Of a stretch of 64,000 nt of DNA, positions 40,839 to 53,744 are shown in pieces. This DNA is from Eledone cirrhosa. Lineage: Eukaryota. The notes under the pieces were generated by a model, which was not told the DNA's origin, made no database searches, and saw only the letters and a list, made by a program, of their open reading frames with translations. The stretch's first letter is position 1. Every line of letters starts with the position of its first letter. Location of the stretch: NCBI GenBank assembly GCA_964016885.1, contig OZ024757.1:39308001-39372000 (forward strand), read 5' to 3'. The position numbers and the translations under genes are program-made.

Positions 40839-41020
40839 TAGATAAATTGTAAAATATCTACCATGGAATCATTTCGACTTCGAAACAAATTCCTAACATG
40901 TAATCCTTCAACATTAAGAATCCAACATTTAGATAAATTGTAAAATATCTACCATGGAATCATTTCGACTTCGAAACAAATTCCTAACATGTAATCCTTC
41001 AACATTAAGAATCCAACATT
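40839..41020. repeat. Perfect 91-bp tandem duplication of unique sequence
   Basis: 40839-40929 equals 40930-41020 (tagataaattgtaaaatatctaccatgg...aatccaacatt). Confidence 0.9.
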
Positions 41021-41439
41021 CTTTTCTTTTGCTCCCTGGCATTTCCTACTCTGGAGATCTGTAATAAAGTATCTTGAAGCCGTTAATCATTGCATATTTG
41101 TTCGTCTCCACCCACCTAAGGATCTCTATTACCGTGTTATCTAATATCTCCTCATTTAAGACATTTGTGATTTCATTGTTATTTGGCTGCTATTTCTAAC
41201 AGTTTTAAGTTTCTTTTTATGTAATAACCATGTGGTATTTCTGTTACTAGAATGCAGTATTATAATACAATAATGATGGTTTCTGATATACGCACAAGGC
41301 CAGCAATATTGGGTAATGCTTCAGCTTTGGCTTTTATCCTACCGGGGTCACTAAAATAAAGTACCACTAAGTTACTGGGTTCCACTTAAGCGACCTCTCT
41401 TCTTCTTCCCTCAAATTGCTGGTTTTCTTTGCCTAAATA

Positions 41440-41660
41440 AGGGCGGTGGATTGGCCAAATCGTTAGAGCGTCGGACACCCTGCTTTATGGCACAGCTACA
41501 ACTAATTACGTTCTGCGTTCAAATCTCGCTGAGGTTAGCTTTGCCTTTCATTGTTACTGGGTCGGAAAAAAATAAAGTATCAGTCACGCACTTGAGTTAA
41601 TTTAATCGACTTTCCCCTCTCCCCAAAACTGCTGGCCTTGTAACTAAATCAGAAACTATT
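41440..41660 (+). mobile_element. SINE family 1 copy (older, diverged)
   Basis: gggcggtggattggcc...gcgttcaaatctcgctgaggttagctttgcctttca... Confidence 0.75.
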
Positions 41661-42234
41661 ATTAGTCCTATTATAATCTGTAGGTAAACAATGGTATACA
41701 GTTATGATTCTTTATGTTCTGATTGGAATAAATAACGGAAGATCTTTTCAGATTATCTCCATATATGAGATAAATTGTCAAGTTGCGATTGATATTTTAC
41801 CTCCAGCAAAGGATTATCTAATGTAACCTTTTTCTTTTAATAACAGAATGCTGTGATTTGGCTGCTGTGAATGCTCGTAAGCAGAGCGATATTCCTACCC
41901 CTGACCCTGAGCCCCCCAAAAAACAGAATTAACCTTTAAATACGATACGTTCTTTCATACACACACGCACACGTATACTGCACACGCACACACATACACA
42001 CATACATACATAAATACATATAATTTACACAATTTAATATCTATGCAAAGAACAGAAAGAGTAGGAAACCCGCTACCAATCTCTCTCTCACCCTCTCTCT
42101 CACCCTCTCTCTCTCACCATCTCTCTCTCTCTCTCTCTCACCCTCTCTCTCTCTCACCCTCTCTCTCTCTCTCTCACCCTCTCTCTCTCTCTCTCACCCT
42201 CTTTCTCTCTCTCACCCTCACCCTCACCCTCACC

Positions 42235-42265
<31 letters not shown>

Positions 42266-42429
42266 TTATCTCCAGCTCTCAGCCCAACACTCTCATCTCT
42301 CTTTCTCTCTCTGCCCAAAACCCTCTCATCTCAACTCTCTTTTTCTTCTTCTTACAGTAAGAGACTGTTCCTGTCTCAGGCTGTTGCTCTCCTGATCGAG
42401 ATCAGAGATCAGTTTTCGTTTTCCAGGCC

Positions 42430-42540
42430 TCACCCCAGTGCCTGCTATGGACTGGCGTCCTGTCCATGGGGAAGTCTTGTACTCTCAGTTGCTTCACACC
42501 ATGAAACCGGGATAAGCACCGGCTCAACGCGCTGCATGCA
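42430..42540 (+). mobile_element. SINE 3' fragment resembling V-domain/L2-tail SINEs
   Basis: cctgctatgggactggcgtcctgtccatgggg...tactctcagttgcttcacaccatgaaaccgggataagc resembles a motif recalled from aquatic-animal SINEs; not database-checked. Confidence 0.4.
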
Positions 42541-43009
42541 TACACGCCCCAGGGTCGGATTAAAAGGCGTCATGGCCTATTTACATCAATTGTACTCTAC
42601 ATGTTCCAGACTAGTTAAGAAATTGTTCACACTTCATATCTTCTAAATCGCTTAACTACGTAACTAAATATATCGAAAATCGATACAATTGATTTTAAAA
42701 TGGTTCCTACAGTTTGTAGTCCTGTCCCATTAATTAGTGTCATTAATGTATATTGGTTTTCAGCAATAGACTTTAAATATCTCCCTGCTCCTCTCGTTTA
42801 TTCTCACTCTTTCTCTCTCTTTCTTCCACACTCTCTGTCCCATCCTTCTCTCTCTTCGACTCTCTCTCTCTCTCTCTCTACCCCTCTCCTATCTCTCTCT
42901 TCCTCCTATCTCTCTCTACCCCTCTCCTATCTCTCTCTCTCCTATCTTACTCTTCCCCTCTCTCCCTCTCTCCTACATGCAAAACATCAGTGTATGTTAT
43001 TCGTTGAAT

Positions 43010-43515
43010 ATTGGTGGATTGGCAAGTATCGGTAGAGGGTCGGACACCATGCTTTGACGCATAGAGTTACGGCCCTTGCCATTCTGTGTTCAAATCCCGC
43101 CGAGGTTAACTTTGCCTTTCATCCTTACGGGGTCGATAAAATAAAGTACCAGTAATGTACTGGGTAATTGCTGGCCTTTTGCCGAAAGTAGAAACAATTA
43201 TTTTTTTAATAATTCTCTTGTTTCCAGTTATTGATTTAAAATGTTCCTATTTCCATTGCAGGGGGAGAATACCTTATACTTATAATAAACCATTATTATT
43301 ATTATCATTATTAGCAGAATCAGTGGAGCGTCGAACACCATGCTTTGCAGCATAGAGTTACATCCCTTTTCGGTCCGAGCTTATATCCCACTGAGGTTAA
43401 CTTTGCCTTTCATCCTTACGGGGTCGATACAATAAAGTACCAGTAATGTACTGGGGTTGATTTGATCGACTATCCCCTCCCCTGCAATTTGTTGGCTTTG
43501 TGCCTAAAGTAGAAG
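43010..43515 (+). mobile_element. Two tandemly oriented SINE family 1 copies (43010-43200 and 43310-43515)
   Basis: Family core gaggttaactttgcctttcatccttacggggtcgata is present twice. Confidence 0.85.
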
Positions 43516-43585
43516 TTGTTATTATCTATATTGTTTTACTTTCTCTATTTAAATTTCTTACATATATATACATATATATATATAC

Positions 43586-43634
<49 letters not shown>

Positions 43635-43703
43635 AACATATATGTATATATATACATATATACATATATATACATATATATATATATACATATATATATA
43701 TAC

Positions 43704-43816
<113 letters not shown>

Positions 43817-43823
43817 CATATAC

Positions 43824-43858
<35 letters not shown>

Positions 43859-43859
43859 C

Positions 43860-43910
<51 letters not shown>

Positions 43911-43991
43911 CATATATACATGTGTATATATAGATATATAAGAAATTTAAATAGAGAAAGTAAAACAATATACGTAATAATAACTTCTACT

Positions 43992-44560
43992 TTAGGCATG
44001 TGTGTATATATATATATATATACATGTGTATATATATATATTAGGCATGTGTGTGTATATATATATATTTATATATACATATATACATGTGTATATATAT
44101 ATATTAGGCATGTGTGTGTGTGTGTATATATATATATTTATATATACATATATACATGTGTATATATATATATTAGGCATGTGTGTGTGTGTGTATATAT
44201 ATATTTATATATACATATATACATGTGTATATATATATATTAGGCATGTGTGTGTGTGTGTATATATATATTTATATATACATATATACATGTGTATATA
44301 TATATATATATTAGGCATGTGTGTGTATATATATATATTTATATATACATATATACATGTGTATATATATATATTAGGCATGTGTGTGTATATATATATA
44401 TATTTATATATACATATATACATGTGTATATATATATATTAGGCATGTGTGTGTATATATATATATATTTATATATACATATATACATGTGTATATATAT
44501 ATATTAGGCATGTGTTTGTATATATATATATTTATATATACATATATACATGTGTGTGTA
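43992..44560. repeat. ~63-bp minisatellite (ttaggcatgtgtgtg...tatacatgtgtatatata)n, about 9 copies
   Basis: Recurrent ttaggcatg anchor. Confidence 0.85.
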
Positions 44561-44855
44561 TATGTGTATGCATTGATGAGAATTTTAATGATAAAATTAA
44601 ACTAAAATAATACTTTATACATGAAATATACGGGCGGCTGGAACAGGTAAAAGGTAATGCATAACCTCTGGGATGAGAAGTTTACAATTTGACGTTGAAA
44701 CCTCTGACAGATTTACATAATCTAGTTTTATAGGGGTTGGTTTTATTTTTCGGTACATAACACATTTCAGTTTCTATTCCCTTGGGCGCTTCCATCATGT
44801 ATATTCCGCTATATTTCTGTAGAAATGTAATATTTTAGTTTACTACTACTACTAC

Positions 44856-44898
<43 letters not shown>

Positions 44899-44954
44899 TT
44901 ACATACACATACATACATATTTATATATATATATATATATATATACACATACAT

Positions 44955-44990
<36 letters not shown>

Positions 44991-44997
44991 CATATTT

Positions 44998-45037
<40 letters not shown>

Positions 45038-45130
45038 CATACATATTTGGATATATATATATATATATATATTATATATACATACATATTTGGATATATA
45101 TATATATATTATATATACATACATATTTGG

Positions 45131-45162
<32 letters not shown>

Positions 45163-45173
45163 CATACATATTT

Positions 45174-45225
<52 letters not shown>

Positions 45226-45665
45226 CATACGTATTTGGATATATATATTTAGTTATTTATATACATATATACATACAGAAACCTTCACTAATAGTACACA
45301 CATGTCAATGATATAAACTGCATAGTGTATTATATTTGAATAGTTTCAGAAAACGTTAGTATCTTGCTTTCTCTTATTTATTTTTTAGTTATGCTTTGCT
45401 TTGCTTCATCTCATTTGCTATTAATACATTGTCTTTTGTATTATCTGATTGTCTTATATTAATATATAATGTTTATTTATTTTTATATATATATAAATAT
45501 ATATATGTATATATGCTTATATATACATGTATATTTGTATGTGTATATATGTATATTTGCCTATATATATATGTATGTGTATATATGTATATTTGCCTAT
45601 ATATATATATATGTATGTATATATGTATGTATATTTGCCTATATATGTATATATATTTGTATATT

Positions 45666-45700
<35 letters not shown>

Positions 45701-47263
45701 GCATTATATTATTGTATTATATCATATGAACCTAAAGTCTACATAATATTATTCAATGTTGTTCAATCTTTATATATTAAATATTAATATGCATTGCTAT
45801 TACTTTAATATTTACATGTCATGTTTAAACGTCAACATTATTTTCATGAGTCAATAAAAAGAAAGATCATCTCCTTATAATATATTTCCTTCTGATCTCA
45901 GTGATTATGTTGGAGTTTAGATCTAGTTTTTTGTTACTTTACGTTTTTATTGCACATGGGAAGGACTTGAAATTTACATAGATACATTTCTACCTAAGTA
46001 AATAATTTGATGCCCTCACACGTACGTGCAATATAATTACTTACTAACATATATATGTATGTATATATTTATTTACACGCATATATATATATATATTTAT
46101 TTACATATATGTGTATAATATATATAAAAATTAATTCATACGCTCCATGGTATATCTTATTTTCCCCCGTATCTGTAATATATAATATATATACTATACG
46201 TTTCTGTACACACACACACACAGATTCATACAAATGAAAGCTGAGATAAATTCTCAAATGTTAAACAGAAATCTATGAACATATAACTTTAAAAGAGAAG
46301 GCGGTAGAAGGATTTAGTGGGCGTTAGTCAATTATATTAGCAATGCTAGAAATAGAATCATTTGCCTAATCATTGGGGATGAACCTCGCTCCAAGCTACT
46401 TTCCTCGAAACACTCAATATAAACCCTATCACCTGTCATTATATTTAAATTTCCAAGTCACTTTAGGTTATGAGTTCAAAATCTGACGATGTTGACTCTT
46501 TTTATTTTTACTTTTATGCCCCTGAAGAAGACTCTGAAAGACGTATTAGTGAAGTGATTAGAGTAATTTAATTAACCCTGCTTTATTTCCATTAAATCTA
46601 AGATCTTTTGGTAATGTTCGAAAATATGTTTTCCTTTTCATTTAAAAAAAAAAATTCCCTTTGCTTTTAAAAATGTGGTTATTACAGCATGATGCAAGCA
46701 AGTTAAATTGATATGCCCTTGGCAGTGGTCATGTGTGTAGATTATATTAATTAAATGTGATATTAATAAAATACAGCCTTAATTTAATGTACCGCATTTG
46801 AAATGTTAATTGTCAACATGTGACATTAGATAATACTTTAATTGTGCAAAGAATAAGAAGACCTTATGCGTTCTCTTTCTCGTTTTTAATCTTAGAGAAA
46901 TGTTGGTATCTTTTGTATTCCAACTCTCTGGGATGTCCCCTTGCTAAAGCCTAAAAAGGGATTTTTTTAAAGAACTAAAATGATAGTTTAATCAGAATAT
47001 AACTACTTTTCTTTTGCTAAATTAGTCAAAAACAAGAACTAGGTATAAGTGCGTTGTCAATACACATATCTGCTTGTAAATAACAGAGAGGACTCTAATT
47101 TAACTCAATTTCATAATTTTCTTTCGGTGGGCAGATTTTATGAACAGAGTATGTGTTAGATAATAGTGAATGAATCACATACATAAATCAAATGTATAAT
47201 CTTTGTCATTCCATAGTTATATTTGGTTTCAATACAGCACAGTATACACATTTACAATTACAG

Positions 47264-47461
47264 GAGAAGCCATATGTGATGGTTAAAGATGAAAATGCCG
47301 AGGGGAATAGCCGGTACGAAGGATTCTGCGTAGATTTGCTGCACGAAATAGCACAAATTGTTGGATTTGAGTATACCATTGAGTTGGTACCAGATGGCAA
47401 ATATGGCGCCCCAAATGACAATCTGGAGTGGGATGGAATGATACGACAATTGATTGACAGG
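47264..47461 (+). CDS. GRIK2-like: Kainate-type iGluR exon, S1 ligand-binding segment: EKPYVMVKDENAEGNSRYEGFCVDLL...DGKYGAP...WDGMIRQLIDR
   Basis: ttacag| acceptor and |gtaaat donor; 198 nt, phase 0/0. Carries the iGluR motifs YEGFCVDLL, DGKYG and WDGMI. Confidence 0.96.
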
Positions 47462-48159
47462 GTAAATTAACATATCATTTCTTATTTGTTCATTATCATA
47501 CTGGTGTGTATATGTAAGTAAAGACCCTCTTCCTGATATTTCATGCGTTAACCTAATATATCCCTTCCATATACCATACCGATTGTGTTGTTATTTCTGT
47601 TTACCTTTTACATACATGGTGTAATCGTATATATATATATACATTTGAAAGAAGGAAAAGAATGACTTCGATTATTGTTGGTATTCTAAACAATTTAATT
47701 TTATAATCTTATTATTTAGCTATGTAGATATACATAGGAAAACTAGAAAATTAAATTATTTTGAATACCAACTACAAGTGAAGTCTTATCTTCCTTTTTT
47801 AAATATACCTAACTGTACCAAGGATTTTACACATTTTCCTATATATATATAATATATATATATATATATAAGTATGTACACGTACATACATATATGTATA
47901 CAGACGTACAGTAGTATGTATATGTATATACATACATGCACACATATATATATGTACGTATGGATTCACCGAACATTTATTATAATGCTCGGTGTGTTTG
48001 TAAACAAACATCCCGTATTAAGCCGTAGTGTCCAGCAACCATCGTTGCTCGTTTGTTCAACACTGACAAAGGAATGCTGTACTAGTTTCAAGCTTATTAG
48101 CTATCATCAGCAACGTATACCTTCCTGCCAGATTGTTGAACGTATATACTTACCTTATG

Positions 48160-49716
48160 CATAATTATATATATTATATATATTATATATATTATATATT
48201 ATATATACATATATATATTATATATATAATATTATATATATTATATATATTATATATTATATATATGTATATATATTATATATATGTATATATTATATAT
48301 ATGTATAAATTATATATATTATATATATTATATATATATTATATATATATTATATATATATTATATATATATATATTATATTATATATATATATATTATA
48401 TTATATATATATATGTTATATATATATATATTATATATATATTATATATATATTATATATATATTATATATATATTATATATATATTATATATATATTAT
48501 ATATATATTATATATATATTATATATATATTATATATATATATTATATATATATATTATATATATATATTATATATATTATATATATATATTATATATAT
48601 ATATTATATATATATATTATATATATATATTATATATATATATATTATATATATATATTATATATATATATTATATATATATATTATATATATATATTAT
48701 ATATATATATTATATATATATATTATATATATATATTATATATATATATTATATATATATATTATATATATATATTATATATATATATTATATATATATA
48801 TTATATATATATATTATATATATATATATATTATATATATATATTATATATATATATTATATATATATTATATATATTATATATATATATTATATATATA
48901 TTATATATATTATATATATATATTATATATATATATTATATATATATTATATATATTATATATATATATATATTATATATATATTATATATATATATTAT
49001 ATATATATATTATATATATATATTATATATATATTATATATATTATATATATATATTATATATATTATATATATATATTATATATATATATTATATATAT
49101 ATATTATATATATATATTATATATTATATATATATATTATATATATATATTATATATATATATTATATATATTATATTATATATATATTATATATATATA
49201 TTATATATATATATTATATATATATTATATATATATATATTATATATATATATTATATATATATTATATATATTATATATATATTATATATATTATATAT
49301 ATATATTATATATATATATTATATATATATATTATATATATATATTATATATATATATTATATATATATATTATATATATATATTATATATATATATATA
49401 TTATATATATATATTATATATATATATTATATATATATATTATATTATATATTATATATATATTATATATATATTATATATATTATATATATATTATATA
49501 TATTATATATATATTATATATATATTATATATATATTATATATATATATATATTATATATATTATATATATATATTATATATATATTATATATATTATAT
49601 ATATATATATATTATATATATATATATATTATATATATATATTATATATATATTATATATATATATTATATATATATTATATATATATTATATATATATT
49701 ATATATATATATATAT

Positions 49717-49749
<33 letters not shown>

Positions 49750-49955
49750 TATATATATATTATATATTTATATATATATTATATATATATTATATATATA
49801 TATTATATATATTATATATATATATTTATATATATATTATATATATTATATATATATATATATATATTATATATATTATATATATATATTATATATATTA
49901 TATATATATATTTATATATATATTATATATATTATATATATATATATATATATTA

Positions 49956-50000
<45 letters not shown>
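48160..50000. repeat. 1.8-kb almost pure AT repeat (TATATATATAT variants)
   Basis: Direct reading; source of the spurious 638-aa and 576-aa ORFs. Confidence 0.97.
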
Positions 50001-50002
<2 letters not shown>

Positions 50003-51659
50003 TATTTACTTTGACTATATGTCAGGAGCACAAACCTATGGGAATTTAATTTGAATTCGTATCGCTTTGTTTTTTAATCTTTAAAAATCTAGAACCTTTC
50101 GTAGTCAGTACAGAATATTTTATCTCCGATCTGATCGATATTGAACTACAAACCAATACTGTTATTACATCACGGGAGAAGATGGTAGAGATATTCTAAA
50201 ACCCAATCCCACTGTGGTACACGCAAGTTTTCGTTTGTATTTTTACACAAACAATATATTAACTCCGTCATACTAACCTACATGTTTGATTTCGTCTATA
50301 TTCAAGAGAAAATAAGACCATATTTCTAATGAAATATCGTAACATAATTAATGAAGAATTTTGCTAAAATCTTTATTTATTTAATTACGAGATTAGTAAA
50401 CTAATCAATACGTTAAAAAAATAATAACGAATATATGCCTCAGAAAAGATCGGACCCCTTATTTTAAACAAACATGAATATGTGGCCAAAGACAGTGGAG
50501 GACAGCGTCGGAGAAATGCTTAGTATTATTTGTTCCAGTTCTTTACCTTCTGAGTTCAAATCCCGCTTTGATCAACTTTACATTTCATCAATCCGGGGTC
50601 GGTAAAATGAAGTAGCAGTTGATTTATTCGTCTTTACTCTTTCCCACAATTTGCTGCCTTTCTATCAAAACGGAGCCCAGTGCGCTAATCAATCTTTTCA
50701 ATAGGACTATTAATATATTAAGAAATCAACATAAGAAATCAAGATATTTTCTTGCTATTTTTTTCTCCTCTTTTTCGTTCGTGCTTTCTCTCCTCTCATT
50801 CTTTCTTTATTTATTTCTCTCGTGTTATTTCTTTTATTACTTATCTATTTCTTACACTTTGACATTTTATGTACATATTTTATATATTTTATATTATCTT
50901 TTTGTTGGAGGCGGTGTGTTTTTAGTTTTGTTACTTGGTTTGAGGGGGTTGTCTTTTTCTATCGTTATTTTTATCTTCATTTTTTTTGTTTTTATTATTA
51001 TTTCTATCATTTCTATCTTTGTTTTTCTCATTTTTTATTATCTTTTGTATATTTTACTATCAGTATCCGGATTTGTTTGTAAAGTTAATTGAATTATAGA
51101 GAAAACCCTATGAAGTTAACCAGTGCAAGACGTTTCTAATGAATTCTAAAATTTCATTCAATTAGTTATCTTAAAGAAAAGAATGTATAAAATTAAATGT
51201 ATATGAAAAATGAATAACGAAATAAAATTGTTTTAAAAAAGCGGCAAGTCGAATCTAGAAATGCAATTCGGTGCTCCTGACCGTGTCTTATATTGCAAAT
51301 AACGAACTTGGCAGGCACTATAACTATAACTATTTCTTCCAGACATTATAGTGGGACTGAAGAAACAATCAAGCGAAGAAGGAAAAATAAAAATGAGAAA
51401 ATGAAGAATATATTATGTAAAAAAACAACAAAAATAATCAATAAAAAGCTATATAAAATAAATATATATGTAAGATATATAAATCAACATTTGAAGCATT
51501 ACAATGAATTTACTTTCTTGTCAAAATCTAATGATAAGCGAATTATTTTTATCATATTTAATAAATTTTTTCCATTAAAATTTAAAATTTCTTCACAATT
51601 TCTCAAATATTTCCATTAATTATAGTTATAATTGCTTTCAAACTTGCTTCACTTCGGCT

Positions 51660-52050
51660 AGTAAGTTAGGTGATAGTTCACGAATTTAGAATTTGTTGAT
51701 TATGCTTTGTGTCACAGAGTTACGGCCCTTTGCGTTCATCCTTATAAGGTCGATAAAATAAAGCCCCAGTAACGCATTGGGGTCGATTTAAACGACATTC
51801 TCCTCTCCAAAATGATTGGCCTTGTGCCCAAAGTAGAAACATTTATAATTTGAATTTCCCTAAAGAACAGTTCTCCCCACTATTGGGAAATTGGTCTAAT
51901 TTGACATTCATTACAAGTATGTGAGTTCAAATCGCACCGGGATTAGCTTTTGCCTTTCGTCCCTACGGGGTCGATAGAATAAAGAAACAGTAACGCAATG
52001 GTGTCGACTTTCTCCCCTCCCCATATTGCTGGGCTTGTGCCTACACTAGA
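51660..52050 (+). mobile_element. Two diverged SINE family 1 copies upstream of the pore exon; another at about 50490-50660
   Basis: agagtttacggccctt..., ttttgcctttcgtccctacggggtcgatagaataaag. Confidence 0.7.
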
Positions 52051-52272
52051 TATAGTTATTATTATGTATATTTATTATAAATTCTATTATTGTTATCCCT
52101 ATTATTATTTTTATTGTTTTCTATACAGTGACGTCCCCTTTTTCCTTCACTCGATGTAAGCTCTATCCTGTGCTCTTTGCCCTTGTATCGTCCCCCAAAT
52201 GTACTGAGTCTTTATAACGTATAAAAAAGAATTAATATTACTACTATTGTTTTCTTTCTTTCTTTCTTGCAG

Positions 52273-52833
52273 AAAGCCGATTTAGCAGTGGCAGGTCTTA
52301 GCATCAGTTACATAAGGGAGCAAGTTATCGATTTTACAAAACCGTTTCTAAACCTCGGAATTAGTATTCTATTTAAAGTTCCAAAACGTGAAAAACCAGG
52401 ATTGTTTTCTTTTTTAAATCCATTAGCCATAGAAATATGGTTGTACGTAATCGCTGCCTACCTCGTCGTCAGCTTTACAATATTCATTTTAGCCAGATTT
52501 AGCCCCTACGAATGGTACAATCCACACCCGTGTAACCAAGATGCTGACACTGTTATGAATTCATTCACATTATCAAACAGTTTCTGGTTTACTGTGGGAA
52601 CATTGATGCAGCAGGGTTCGGATATCAACCCGAGAGCTGTGTCCACCCGTATTGTAGGCGGAATTTGGTGGTTTTTCACACTGATTATCATTTCGTCATA
52701 CACAGCCAACCTTGCGGCGTTTCTTACAGTGGAGCGAATGGTATCCCCTATTGAAAGTGCCGAGGATTTGGCCAAGCAGACCGAGATTTCCTACGGGACA
52801 CTTGCTGGCGGATCAACTATGACTTTCTTTAAG
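52273..52833 (+). CDS. GRIK2-like: Kainate-type iGluR exon: S1 end, M1, M2 pore loop, M3 and S2 start ([16 protein letters not shown]...MQQG...SYTANLAAF...GGSTMTFFK)
   Basis: Long pyrimidine tract with gcag| acceptor and |gtaaaa donor; 561 nt, phase 0/0. SYTANLAAF gate at 52696-52722. Kainate-family signatures [14 protein letters not shown] and [19 protein letters not shown]. One-to-one orthology to a single vertebrate GRIK paralogue cannot be established here. Confidence 0.98.
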
Positions 52834-53744
52834 GTAAAAACCTACAAAAAAAAAAAGAAAAAAAAGCATGTTCTTATCTGTGTTTGTCGTTTTTGTGTTG
52901 TGTTCGTTATTTTTTTATTGTTTCTTCACTTGTCTGTCACACAAGAAATCAATCTGTGAATGTCCATTGTCTTTAAATATATACATGATTTAAAATCAGC
53001 ACAACTGAGATTAAAGGTCTCATTGTTTCTCAGCTAGAGAAACGACTTCATTTGAAACTTAGTTGTCTTAGTTATTGATATACAGACTAGTCAGTCCCCT
53101 GTGAACGTCATTCACAACATAGGATGTCCTTCCATGGATAACCCACGACCAAATATATTGCTGCTTAACTCAAGTTAATATGATGTTAAACAGACGGCAC
53201 AAATTTCTCCCCGCTTCCAAATAACGTGAATAATATTCGAGGTTCTCTTCATAAAGATTGGAATTCATGGGAGTTGTAACTACATAATTCTGCTTATATT
53301 ATTCTAGCGGCGTATATGTTTCGCTAGAGAACCGTCTCTCAATTGGTGAGTGACTTATTCTCGCAGTCAGTTAAGCCCCACCACATTAAGTTTGATAGGT
53401 TTCAACGAGTCACTATGCATTGAGTATTCAGGTCTCAGTTATCAGAATAAAATGCTGTGAGATTTCCATAAATCTTATTGCACCACCAAAACCTGAAACC
53501 TCCGGAACCGACTAGGAAATACAGAATCAAGAAATCCAGGAAAAGAACGATCTCGGTAAAATTAATTTCATATATATTTGTCTAAGTTTTATGAATTAAA
53601 GTTATGAATTAAAATTATGTTGCAATATGATAATGTAAACCAGATTCAGCAATTCAAAATAAAAGAACTCTTTCAGATTGTTAGAGTAAATCTATCTATT
53701 TAACTATCTACACACACGTACGCACACATGTAGATACATACATA

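Noticed and set aside
40451-40852. Poly-S/F/K/E/R ORFs on both strands
   Set aside because: Products of a (TTC)n-derived repeat.
48133-50049. 638-aa and 576-aa ORFs, and the many other I/Y/C/V/H/T-rich ORFs in the track
   Set aside because: Translations of (TA)n, (TG)n and (CA)n microsatellites that lack stop codons by composition; no protein-like features.
50619-51619. Hydrophobic 157-aa ORF and Lys/Asn-rich 108-aa ORF
   Set aside because: They reflect T-rich and A-rich intron composition, partly overlap a SINE, and have no recognisable domain or splice context.
52506-52775. Antisense ORFs over the receptor exons (also 47206-47473)
   Set aside because: Shadow frames of real coding exons.
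52834-52959. ORF extension VKTYKKKK...EINL as a C-terminal coding region
   Set aside because: Read-through into the intron after the AAG|gtaaaa donor; iGluR homology stops at TFFK.
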